Source: Candidatus Latescibacterota bacterium
GTDB lineage: Bacteria; Latescibacterota; UBA2968; UBA8231
Reading direction: 5' to 3'
Assembly (NCBI GenBank): GCA_965261395.1
Contig: OZ253462.1
Coordinates: 4,480,001-4,544,000 of the forward strand
Length of the DNA stretch: 64,000 bases
In this document: piece by piece, positions 56,137 to 64,000 of the stretch
Numbering within the stretch: the stretch's first letter is position 1
Layout of the letters: each line of letters opens with the position of its first letter
Translations under genes and position numbers: made by a program
The notes under the pieces: model-generated
What the model saw: the letters and a program-made list of their open reading frames with translations, nothing else
Databases searched by the model: none
Told to the model about the DNA's origin: nothing

Positions 56137-57108
56137 CTAGAGGCCGCCGATGAGCACCCCCGCGGCAAACACCAAGGCTCCACCGAGCACCACCTGCATC
56201 GACGCCCGCCAGAACGGAGTTTCCATGAATCGGTTTTGAATCCAAGCGATAGCCCACAGTTCGACGAACACAATCGCAATGGCGAGCGCAGTCGCCGTAC
56301 CAAAGTGCGGGATGAGGTAGGGCAGAGCGTGGCCCAAGCCGCCAACCGCGGTCATAAACCCGGATGCCAAGCCGCGCTTGAACGGAGAACCTCGGCCGGA
56401 CAACTCGCCGTCGTCGGAAGCCGCTTCGGTGAAGCCCATCGAAATGCCGGCACCCACCGCTGCAGCAAGACCGACGATAAAAGTCGTCCACGTGTCCTGC
56501 GTGGCAAAGGCCGTGGCAAAAATCGGGGCTAGGGTGGACACGGAGCCGTCCATCAAGCCGGCGAGACCCGGCTGTATCCAAGTGAGGATGAACTGGCGAT
56601 GTGCCGTCGCATCCTCCTCCGACCGCACATCGAGTAGATCCTCTTCCAGCCGATTGGCGGTTTTCTGATGGCCGGCCTCCACCGCAGCCAAGTCGCCCAG
56701 TAGCTGGCGTGTTCCCGCGTCCGAGGTTTGCTGGGCTGCCCTCAAATAGAAGCGCTGCGCATCGCCCTCCATTTTGGACGCCTCCTGACGGATCCGGCCC
56801 AGACCGAGGCTTTCCACCAACCACACTGGCCGGCGGTTGTACCAGCCGGCGACATGCTCCCGGCGGATCAGCGGAATGAAATCGCCAAAGCGACGGCGGT
56901 ACTCTTCGATCAAGCGGCGGCGGTGCTCGTCTTCTTCCGCGGCCATGGTCTCGAACATCTCGGCCGACTGCGGATAGTCCGTGCGCAGACTTTCCGCGTA
57001 GGTCAGATAGATGCGACCATCGTCTTCCTCAGACGAAATGGCGAGGGCGAGAATTTCCTGTTCGGAAAGATCGGCAAACCTTCGACGAGCAGAGACGCCT
57101 GGAATCAT
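56137..57108 (-). CDS. mbfA: Iron exporter MbfA (ferritin-like + VIT1/CCC1 domain)
   Basis: 'LSEQEILALAISSEEDD', 'EEDEHR', 'QPGLAGLMDGSVSTLAP', 'SDDGELSGRG'. Confidence 0.9.
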   Translation of the reverse strand: MIPGVSARRRFADLSEQEILALAISSEEDDGRIYLTYAESLRTDYPQSAEMFETMAAEEDEHRRRLIEEYRRRFGDFIPLIRREHVAGWYNRRPVWLVESLGLGRIRQEASKMEGDAQRFYLRAAQQTSDAGTRQLLGDLAAVEAGHQKTANRLEEDLLDVRSEEDATAHRQFILTWIQPGLAGLMDGSVSTLAPIFATAFATQDTWTTFIVGLAAAVGAGISMGFTEAASDDGELSGRGSPFKRGLASGFMTAVGGLGHALPYLIPHFGTATALAIAIVFVELWAIAWIQNRFMETPFWRASMQVVLGGALVFAAGVLIGGL

Positions 57109-57137
57109 GTAGTAATCCCTTTTCTTCGTTAGGAAAT

Positions 57138-58856
57138 CTAGGCTGTAAAGAACGCCACGAGGGTCCAGCACACAGCCGCCAAGCCCGCCGCGATAGACGC
57201 CTGCGGGATTTGCGTCTTGACGTGGTCCATCAGGTCGCAGCCCGTACACATGGAACTAAGCACGGTAGTATCCGAAATCGGCGAGCACTGGTCGCCATAC
57301 ACGCTGCCGTCCATGACCGCGGCAAAACACAACGTCATAAAAAGCTCTGGATGCGCTAGGCCGTTAGCACCAGCCACCGCCCAAGCCAGCGGCATGGCCA
57401 GCGGGAAGGCCACCGCATACGTGCCCCAGCTCGTGCCAGTGGAAAAGGCGATGACCATGGTGAGGATCTGGAGCAAGACCGGCAGGAGGAAGTACGGAAT
57501 GCTCTCGCCGAGCTGTTCGACCAAGAAGATGCTACCGCCCGTCTCCTTGCTAATGCCGCCGATGGTGATCGCCAGCAGCAAAATCACCGAGCCGAGCACC
57601 ACCCCCTTAAAGCCATCGTGAACGCCAGCGATGAGGTCTTTGAGCGCCATGCCCTTGGCCAAGGCCATACCCGCAGCCAACAAGAGCGCAATGCCAAAAG
57701 CCCACTGCACATTGGGCGCTCCGCCGACGATAAAGGTGCCGACGGCAATGGCGATAAGCGTGCCCAGCGGCAAGAAGAATTCGAGGACGTGCGGAGTGTA
57801 GCCTTCGGGCACGTTGCTCCCTTGCAGCTCCTTGGCACTCAAGGGATCGGCACCTGGGGCGTCGAGCTGGCCGGTCGTGCGCGCGCGCTCGATCGCCGCC
57901 TTCATTTGCTTACCCAAAAAGAGGGGTTTTTCAATGCTGAGGAGCAGCGTGCCTAAGACGGCAAAAATGGCGTAAAAGCAAAAGGGCACGCTTTTAAAAA
58001 AGAAGGCAATGCGATCGGCTTCCGTGGCTAAAAAGCTGACGCCGGAGACGAAAATAAACGCCTGCACATAGCCGGGCCAAGCATTGAACGCGAGCTGGGA
58101 GGCAATCGGCGAGGCCGTTGAATCCACCACGTACGCCAGCTCCTCGTGACTAATTTTTTCGCTGTCGGCAATGGGTTTGACCGTGGTGCCGACCAGCACC
58201 GTGCTGACGGTGCCGCCCTGGAAGAAGACGACCCCGAGCAGCCAAGCGACCAGCTTGGCACTTCGGGGGCCGCGCACAAAGCGCACGGTCATAAACTCGG
58301 CAAAGGCCTGGGCCGCGCCCGTGCGCGACCATACCCCCATCAGCCCACCCAACAGCCACAAGTAGAGCAGCAGGATTCCGGCTGAGCTTTTGGTTGCCAA
58401 TGAGGGGATCAGCACCTCGCCAGTGAAGTCGTAGCGGCCCATCAGGAGAGCGCCGGCGATGATGCCGCCCAACAACGAGGTCACCGGTTCCTTCGTCAGC
58501 CAACACAACATCACAGCCACCACCGCCGGCAACAGCGACCAATAGCTCCAGTGGCGCTTGGCCACTAGTTTGTAGTAGCGGCCGCTCTCCGCCACCGAGA
58601 CAAATTCTTCGCTGACCGGAGGTGCCGTCCGCGACCCGTGAATCTTAGCCGGGTCGAGTTGGGCTTGTGCCATAGGCACGGCCTCGAAGTAGGCCGGCTT
58701 TTCGCGGTAGACGTAGTATAGCTTGCCGTCGCTGTCCGTTTTCACGTCTAACTCGACCTTTTCGACCGTCCACGTCGGCGACACATTGACGCCTATGATC
58801 CAAGACGCGATCAGGGCGATGGCAAAGATGGCGAAGTTGCGAATGCCTTTGGGCAT
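57138..58856 (-). CDS. NhaC-family Na+/H+ antiporter-like transporter
   Basis: 'EELAY.VDSTASP', 'TGTSWGT', '[15 protein letters not shown]', 'HVKTQ'. Confidence 0.85.
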   Translation of the reverse strand: MPKGIRNFAIFAIALIASWIIGVNVSPTWTVEKVELDVKTDSDGKLYYVYREKPAYFEAVPMAQAQLDPAKIHGSRTAPPVSEEFVSVAESGRYYKLVAKRHWSYWSLLPAVVAVMLCWLTKEPVTSLLGGIIAGALLMGRYDFTGEVLIPSLATKSSAGILLLYLWLLGGLMGVWSRTGAAQAFAEFMTVRFVRGPRSAKLVAWLLGVVFFQGGTVSTVLVGTTVKPIADSEKISHEELAYVVDSTASPIASQLAFNAWPGYVQAFIFVSGVSFLATEADRIAFFFKSVPFCFYAIFAVLGTLLLSIEKPLFLGKQMKAAIERARTTGQLDAPGADPLSAKELQGSNVPEGYTPHVLEFFLPLGTLIAIAVGTFIVGGAPNVQWAFGIALLLAAGMALAKGMALKDLIAGVHDGFKGVVLGSVILLLAITIGGISKETGGSIFLVEQLGESIPYFLLPVLLQILTMVIAFSTGTSWGTYAVAFPLAMPLAWAVAGANGLAHPELFMTLCFAAVMDGSVYGDQCSPISDTTVLSSMCTGCDLMDHVKTQIPQASIAAGLAAVCWTLVAFFTA

Positions 58857-58897
58857 GTGGTTCCTTTCGGTTTGATGGAGTAAGGTCGTTTGTCAGC

Positions 58898-60481
58898 TCA
58901 TATTCCCGACGATTCGCTCGGCCCCAGATCCACGTCTTGGCCGCGGTGAAAATTGCGCCCCATCAGGTATTTGATATCCAGCTCTACATCGCGCACAAAA
59001 ATCTCCGGCAGGGCTTGGGCGTCCCGCCGCACCAATTCGACCGACAGCGTGTTGTTCCCCTTTTTCGGCCAGTGTTTGGCGTCTAGCCGAAACGCGTACC
59101 AATATCCCGATCCCGTGCGATAGCGCGGAGCTGACATCCGGTACAATTCGTTGATCTTGCGCGACAGACTAGCGGGCAACTCCCGGCCATTGAGATAGAA
59201 TTTCAGCCGGTCGCGCTCGGTGTGGCCCATTACCCGCACCCGCAGCAACACTTCGTGAATCCGGCCAACCTTGGCCCAGCGCCGCAGATCGTCGCTGACC
59301 GACAGCGTGATGGAAGCTTTGTCGCCCCTTTGCAAATAAGCCGGTAGCTGCATGGTCGTCCCCGGCTCGGTCGTGGGATTGGGATAGCGCCCGGTCATGG
59401 TCGGTACGTAGTAAATTTTGTCGCGGGCGGCCATGACCTCTGGGTAGGGCAATTCCCGCAGCTTCTCGTAGAAGGAAGCCTGGTACGGCCAGTTCCCAAA
59501 CCAGTGCGCCAAGTACAGGCCATCGACGCCCTGCGCCCAGTAGTTGCAGGCGGCCCCGCGCACCATCTCAATGCTCGCCTCCCCCAAGCGATCCGAGTCC
59601 ACGTGGCTTTGCAGGGCCGCGTGCACCCGACAGCCCGTGCCTTGGGCCGCGGCAACCAAGGGCCGGAAATCAATGGTCGAGTCCAAAAGCTCTGGGCCGG
59701 AAAACGCCTGGCCGATCAGTACATCGACCAGCCCTTCGCGCAACCACGCTTCGACATCCATGCCGACGGCATAGCACCCCTCGATGCTGCAGGGGATGCG
59801 GATGGCCAACTCGCGTTGGTCCCCGCTCTGCTTGACGGCGCGATGCACCTTGCGCACCCACTCGGTCATAATCTCGCGGCCGGCGGCGACCTCGTCTGGA
59901 TGGAAGTAGTAGGGCTGGTAGTTCATCTGCAGCTCAAAGCCATCGACCGGATATTTTCCTAGGGTCTCGGCAATCAGAGCAAAGCGTTCGTCGCGGACCT
60001 CTTGGTGCTTGAAGTCTAAGCAGGTGTGGCCGGGATAGTCGGCGGGCACATCGTCTTGGGCGCCGATTTCGAGATGGGCGTTGTCAAAGCGGAAGTCCGA
60101 GCAGCGCACGTCCTCTTCCCGCGGCCCCCGGCCCTGCTGCACCAACAGCGTCGGATAGACTTGTTTGCCGTACTGGTGGGCGCGGTCGCAAATCAGGCGC
60201 AGGGGGTCTTGTCCCTTGCGGATCAGGTCGCGGGCATTTTGGTGGGCGCGGCGAAAAATCAAATGCGGCCACCGCTTCACATTGTGCCCCCACAACTCCC
60301 CTACCTCGGTATCGTGCAGCACGGTGCGGCCATCGCCGAGGCAAAACATGATGGCCTCGACCGGCGTGCCCAACAGCTCGTCCACCCCCTGCTCGTATTC
60401 CTCTTTCTGGATCGGCGGCTCGTACATGTAGATCAGCGGATGCCGACCGTCGTGGTAAAACATGATCTTGGGCTTAGGCAT
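58898..60481 (-). CDS. GH10-like TIM-barrel protein, paralogue of 49999-51546
   Basis: 'YHDGRH', 'LDF...EVR..RF', 'DGFEL', 'GMDVEAW', 'GVDGLY'. Confidence 0.65.
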   Translation of the reverse strand: MPKPKIMFYHDGRHPLIYMYEPPIQKEEYEQGVDELLGTPVEAIMFCLGDGRTVLHDTEVGELWGHNVKRWPHLIFRRAHQNARDLIRKGQDPLRLICDRAHQYGKQVYPTLLVQQGRGPREEDVRCSDFRFDNAHLEIGAQDDVPADYPGHTCLDFKHQEVRDERFALIAETLGKYPVDGFELQMNYQPYYFHPDEVAAGREIMTEWVRKVHRAVKQSGDQRELAIRIPCSIEGCYAVGMDVEAWLREGLVDVLIGQAFSGPELLDSTIDFRPLVAAAQGTGCRVHAALQSHVDSDRLGEASIEMVRGAACNYWAQGVDGLYLAHWFGNWPYQASFYEKLRELPYPEVMAARDKIYYVPTMTGRYPNPTTEPGTTMQLPAYLQRGDKASITLSVSDDLRRWAKVGRIHEVLLRVRVMGHTERDRLKFYLNGRELPASLSRKINELYRMSAPRYRTGSGYWYAFRLDAKHWPKKGNNTLSVELVRRDAQALPEIFVRDVELDIKYLMGRNFHRGQDVDLGPSESSGI

Positions 60482-60493
60482 GGTCTGGCTCCT

Positions 60494-61597
60494 TTAAGTC
60501 CAATTGCGCGAATCGGGCACGGCTACCCAAGCCGACCCTTGGGCAAGCGACTGTTGGCTGACGAGGCCGGGCAAGGTCATATCCATCGCCAAGTCGATGC
60601 CAATGGCCGGTGTCTTTTCCTCGCGGATGGCCGCGACAAAGTCCTGTACTTCCCAATAGTCACCGCCGCCGTGCCCGGCGGCGAGGGCTTCTGCGGGCGG
60701 GTGCTGCCAATGGTCAGGTAAAAATTCCTCTAAGGCTTCCAAAGACTCCCAGCGCGGTTGCGCGCTGCGGTTGCGCAACCAGATTTTGGCCGCCGCGGCA
60801 AAGCCGTCGGCCGACTCGTACGCGCCATCGGTCCCCTGCAACGCATAGTGCACCATGTGGTGCGGCCGGTCCGAGAGCATATCGACCCGGATATGCGCCA
60901 ACCCGCCGCCCGAGAACCGGCACATCATGGTCACTGAGTCCTCCATTTCGTACAAAGCGCCGCGCGGATCTTGGTAGTGGTGTCCGGTGCCCACGGCGCA
61001 GACGGCCACCACCCGCTGTCCGGCAAACCACGTCAACACCGGCCCCAAGCTGTGCGTGCCATAGGTACAGCCATTGACGCCCGTCTGCCAGCGCCGCCGC
61101 CAAGGTGTGGTCTCGTTGAGCTGTTTCAGTTCGTGGATATAAGCCCCTTCGGCGTAGTACAGCTCGCCGAAAAAGCCGCGCTCGACCAACGCTTTTACCA
61201 GTGTGTTGGGCTTGGTGTACACGTAGTTCTCGGCCATCATATAGACGGCTCGGCTGCGCCGCGCTGCGCGCGTCAAATCGCGGCATTCCTCGATCGACAC
61301 TCCGGCCGTCACTTCGCTGAGCACGTGGATGTCGCGCTCCAAGGCCGCGATGGCCTGGGGTACGTGCCACGGCATCGGCGTACCCACGACGACCGCGTCC
61401 ACTCTCCCAGAGTCGAGCATTGCGTCGGTATCTGTAAAGACCTGTTCAACGTCCAATTCAGCCGCGTGGCGCTCGGCCTCTTCCCGGCGGATGTCACACA
61501 GCGCGACAACTTCCGTGGCCGGATGGGCCAGCAGGGTGGGGACAAAGCCGCTTCCGCGGCCAGCAGCCCCAATGACACCAACGCGTATTTTGTCCAT
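60494..61597 (-). CDS. Gfo/Idh/MocA oxidoreductase
   Basis: 'VGVIGA.GRG', 'VLSEV', 'YMMAENY', 'YGTHSLGP', 'GHGGGD'. Confidence 0.88.
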   Translation of the reverse strand: MDKIRVGVIGAAGRGSGFVPTLLAHPATEVVALCDIRREEAERHAAELDVEQVFTDTDAMLDSGRVDAVVVGTPMPWHVPQAIAALERDIHVLSEVTAGVSIEECRDLTRAARRSRAVYMMAENYVYTKPNTLVKALVERGFFGELYYAEGAYIHELKQLNETTPWRRRWQTGVNGCTYGTHSLGPVLTWFAGQRVVAVCAVGTGHHYQDPRGALYEMEDSVTMMCRFSGGGLAHIRVDMLSDRPHHMVHYALQGTDGAYESADGFAAAAKIWLRNRSAQPRWESLEALEEFLPDHWQHPPAEALAAGHGGGDYWEVQDFVAAIREEKTPAIGIDLAMDMTLPGLVSQQSLAQGSAWVAVPDSRNWT

Positions 61598-61679
61598 TTC
61601 TATCCGTTTGACAACCGGATTGAGCGACCGTACTGTTGTAGGCCGTTTACTCAACCCATTCTCTTATAGGAGGAACCTC

Positions 61680-62111
61680 ATGGCCATCATACCTAACATC
61701 AGTTCGGATATCGCCGGGCCGCTCGGCGCGATTCACCTGCCCCGCCTGTGGTCCAAGCTGCGCCTGAGCGCGGCCGGCGAACTGCCCGCGGACTACCCGG
61801 AATGCGGCGCGGGCTTCGACCAGATGGTTCTCGACGGCCTCAGCATCGACCGCGACGCGGCCGTGGCCTATGTCAAGGACAACAAGGCCAGCTATATCGA
61901 CTTTGAAAACTGGGTCAAGGCCCAGCGCGGCGGCTCCATTCCCCAGAGCGAGATCGACGCTTCCAACGCCGCCATCCGCGGCTACAACCACGACGACGAG
62001 ACCCGCGGTAGCATCCTCGACGCCGCTGGCCTCAGCGACGGCAGCATCCTCGACGCCGTCAACCTCAACAATCTCGACGACTGGACTGAACTGCACGACG
62101 CCCTGAGCTAA
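61680..62111 (+). CDS. DUF5069-like small protein
   Basis: AGGAGG RBS; 'GPLGAIHLPRLW.K', 'GFDQMVL..L', 'N..DDW'. Confidence 0.65.
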   Translation: MAIIPNISSDIAGPLGAIHLPRLWSKLRLSAAGELPADYPECGAGFDQMVLDGLSIDRDAAVAYVKDNKASYIDFENWVKAQRGGSIPQSEIDASNAAIRGYNHDDETRGSILDAAGLSDGSILDAVNLNNLDDWTELHDALS

Positions 62112-62132
62112 AGGGACGTTCCATGCGTCTGT

Positions 62133-62170
62133 CGGCCCGCTTCCGCTCTTTGGAGGCGGGCCGTTTTGTT
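62133..62170 (+). terminator. Rho-independent terminator
   Basis: CGGCCCGCTTCC-loop-GGAGGCGGGCCG followed by TTTTGTT. Confidence 0.8.
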
Positions 62171-62284
62171 GCTTCTCGCTCGCCTATTCATACCGTCTTT
62201 TAGCTGGGCTGTCAACGCCCTTGATAGCCTTCTGCCAAAGTTGTACCTTGTGCCACCTACCCCCTCGGCGAAAGCGAATCTGCG

Positions 62285-63415
62285 ATGAAACTCGATGTCG
62301 TCAACCTGACCAAGGCATTAGTCGCCTATCCCTCGGAAAGCCAAACTAGCAACGTCGAAGTCACCCAACACATAGCTGGGGTCTTAGGCCAGCTTGGGTT
62401 CCAAATAGAAGAGGTGCCCTACACAGATGAGGCGGGCGTGGCCAAGCTCTCCATCGTCGGCAAGCTGGGCACCGGCGAGGGTGGGCTGGCCCTGATGAGC
62501 CACGACGACGTCGTTCCCGCCAATCCCGCCGACGGCTGGCACCGCGATCCCTACGACTCTTACGAGGCCAACGGCAAGCTCTACGGCCGCGGCTCCTGCG
62601 ACATGAAAGGGCCCCTTGCCGCTTCGATTGGCGCGGCCGCCCGCTTCAAGGCCGCCGACCTCGCCGCCCCAATCTACATCGTCGTCACAGCCGACGAAGA
62701 GGTCCACTGCATCGGCGCACAAAAAGTCACGGCCCATTCCAAGCTCTTTGCCGAGGCCAGCACCGGCTGCGGCATCATCTGCGAACCCACCAGCCTCCGC
62801 GTCGTCCACGCCCACAAAGGCTCGCTCGCCATCCAAGTCACGGCCAAAGGACGCCCCGCGCACACCAGCACCTTGAAGGGCACCAACGCGAACCTCAAGA
62901 TGATTCCCTTTCTCGCGGAGATGAAGCGATTCAACGAGCGAGTGCTCAGCGCGCGCCGCTATCGCAACGAAGAGTTCGCACCGCCGCATTCCGAGTGGTG
63001 CATCGGCATCAACGATCACAACCGCGCCACCAACATCTCCCCCGCCCAGAGCATCTGCACCCTCAACTACCGCCCCATGCCCGGCATCGACGTCGAGGAT
63101 TTGATCGACAAAACCCGCCAAAGCGCGGAAAAGCACGGCCTCGACTTCGCGCTCAAGCATCGCGGCGAGCCGCTCTACACGGCAGCGGATGCCCCCCTGG
63201 TCCGCACGGCGCTCAAGCTAACGGGCCGCCGCAAACCCACCACCGTGGCCTACGGCACCGACGGCATGGCTTTTGTCGCACAGATGAAACAAATGATCGT
63301 CCTCGGCCCGGGCGATATTGCGCAAGCCCACACCGCCAACGAATGGATCAAAACCGACCAACTGCGCGCCAGCGTCGATCTCTACGCCCGCTTCATCGAG
63401 CATATCTGCGTTTAG
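62285..63415 (+). CDS. argE: Acetylornithine deacetylase-like M20 peptidase
   Basis: 'SHDDVVP', 'GRGSCDMKG', 'ADEE', 'CEPT', 'AHKG', 'GPGDIAQAH..NE'. Confidence 0.75.
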   Translation: MKLDVVNLTKALVAYPSESQTSNVEVTQHIAGVLGQLGFQIEEVPYTDEAGVAKLSIVGKLGTGEGGLALMSHDDVVPANPADGWHRDPYDSYEANGKLYGRGSCDMKGPLAASIGAAARFKAADLAAPIYIVVTADEEVHCIGAQKVTAHSKLFAEASTGCGIICEPTSLRVVHAHKGSLAIQVTAKGRPAHTSTLKGTNANLKMIPFLAEMKRFNERVLSARRYRNEEFAPPHSEWCIGINDHNRATNISPAQSICTLNYRPMPGIDVEDLIDKTRQSAEKHGLDFALKHRGEPLYTAADAPLVRTALKLTGRRKPTTVAYGTDGMAFVAQMKQMIVLGPGDIAQAHTANEWIKTDQLRASVDLYARFIEHICV

Positions 63416-63517
63416 AGGCAGAAAAACTAACGTCGGAATTCTTTTGATTACCAAGCGGTAAAGGTAGGATACTAAAGTTACAAGTTCTTTGTGGATCAGG
63501 AGATGTTTCGCGTCCCC

Positions 63518-64000
63518 TCAATCCCAAGGATCCACCCCAGCCAGCTTCCGCCCCACACTCGTCAACTCAGCCGTCTTCTCTTCGCGGTGCTCGCGTTCCT
63601 CGGCGTAGCGCCCCAGCCCGGACAAACGACGCTGCCAAAAGTCCGTACGCAACCGCCGTGCCTCTTCGCCTTCGCCGGCTGGGCCCATGGTGATATACTG
63701 CGCCACGCGAGACGCGTCGCCGCGATTGACGCTCGCCGTGTGCGGCAGGGCCGTGCGCCAGATAATCAAGTCGCCCGCTGCGGCACCGATGCGCTGCGCT
63801 CCCAAGGCCAGTAGGTCCTGCTCTCGGGGATTGGCTCCCTCCGGCAGCTCGTCGAGCCACGCCTCTAAGCGCTGGTGGAACCTCGGCACGCAGATAAAGG
63901 CCCCCTGCTCGGCTGGCGTGTCATTCAGATAGAGCACGCCCTGCACGCCAAAAGGCAAAGGACGCTTATCCAAGGACGCATCCCAGTGCAGATTGTGCTC
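63518..64000 (-). CDS. PhyH-family dioxygenase (5' truncated by window edge)
   Basis: 'LHWD', 'QGVLYL.DT..QG.F', 'GDLIIW...LPH...N', 'R.AQY'. Confidence 0.8.
   Translation of the reverse strand, partial: EHNLHWDASLDKRPLPFGVQGVLYLNDTPAEQGAFICVPRFHQRLEAWLDELPEGANPREQDLLALGAQRIGAAAGDLIIWRTALPHTASVNRGDASRVAQYITMGPAGEGEEARRLRTDFWQRRLSGLGRYAEEREHREEKTAELTSVGRKLAGVDPWD

Overview
GC-rich bacterial chromosome segment with a housekeeping/catabolic backbone: ribokinase, dgoD-like dehydratase, a complete porin-pstSCAB-phoU-phoBR cluster, glgC, trpBA, an S1 protein, lysC, recG, murG-mraY, SDR/AKR/M20/PhyH/GH10-like enzymes and mbfA. A C-terminal 'QNYPNPFNP' sorting domain suggests an FCB-group organism such as Latescibacterota (inference only). 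Several small, more AT-rich accessory patches interrupt the backbone, many of them decayed. (i) A Pho-box-preceded TonB-receptor/surface-protein locus collapsed by deletion and hit by an IS5 element. (ii) A PHP-ATPase (TrlF/Ppl-like) pseudogene plus an AlbA_2-HATPase gene. (iii) An intact two-gene SIR2 + 908-aa partner operon that looks like a split DSR1-type sirtuin defence system. (iv) An rmuC insertion bounded by a synonymously diverged copy of a host gene 3' end. (v) A relic CRISPR locus: cas6 stub, leader, one full repeat, then a ~1-kb interval holding a whole HEPN-like gene with its own RBS, then a second degenerate repeat. YefM-YoeB and BrnT-BrnA TA pairs and an ECF sigma/anti-sigma/secreted caspase operon are also present. 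No rRNA, tRNA or prophage was seen. All family calls come from motif recognition by eye, not database searches.
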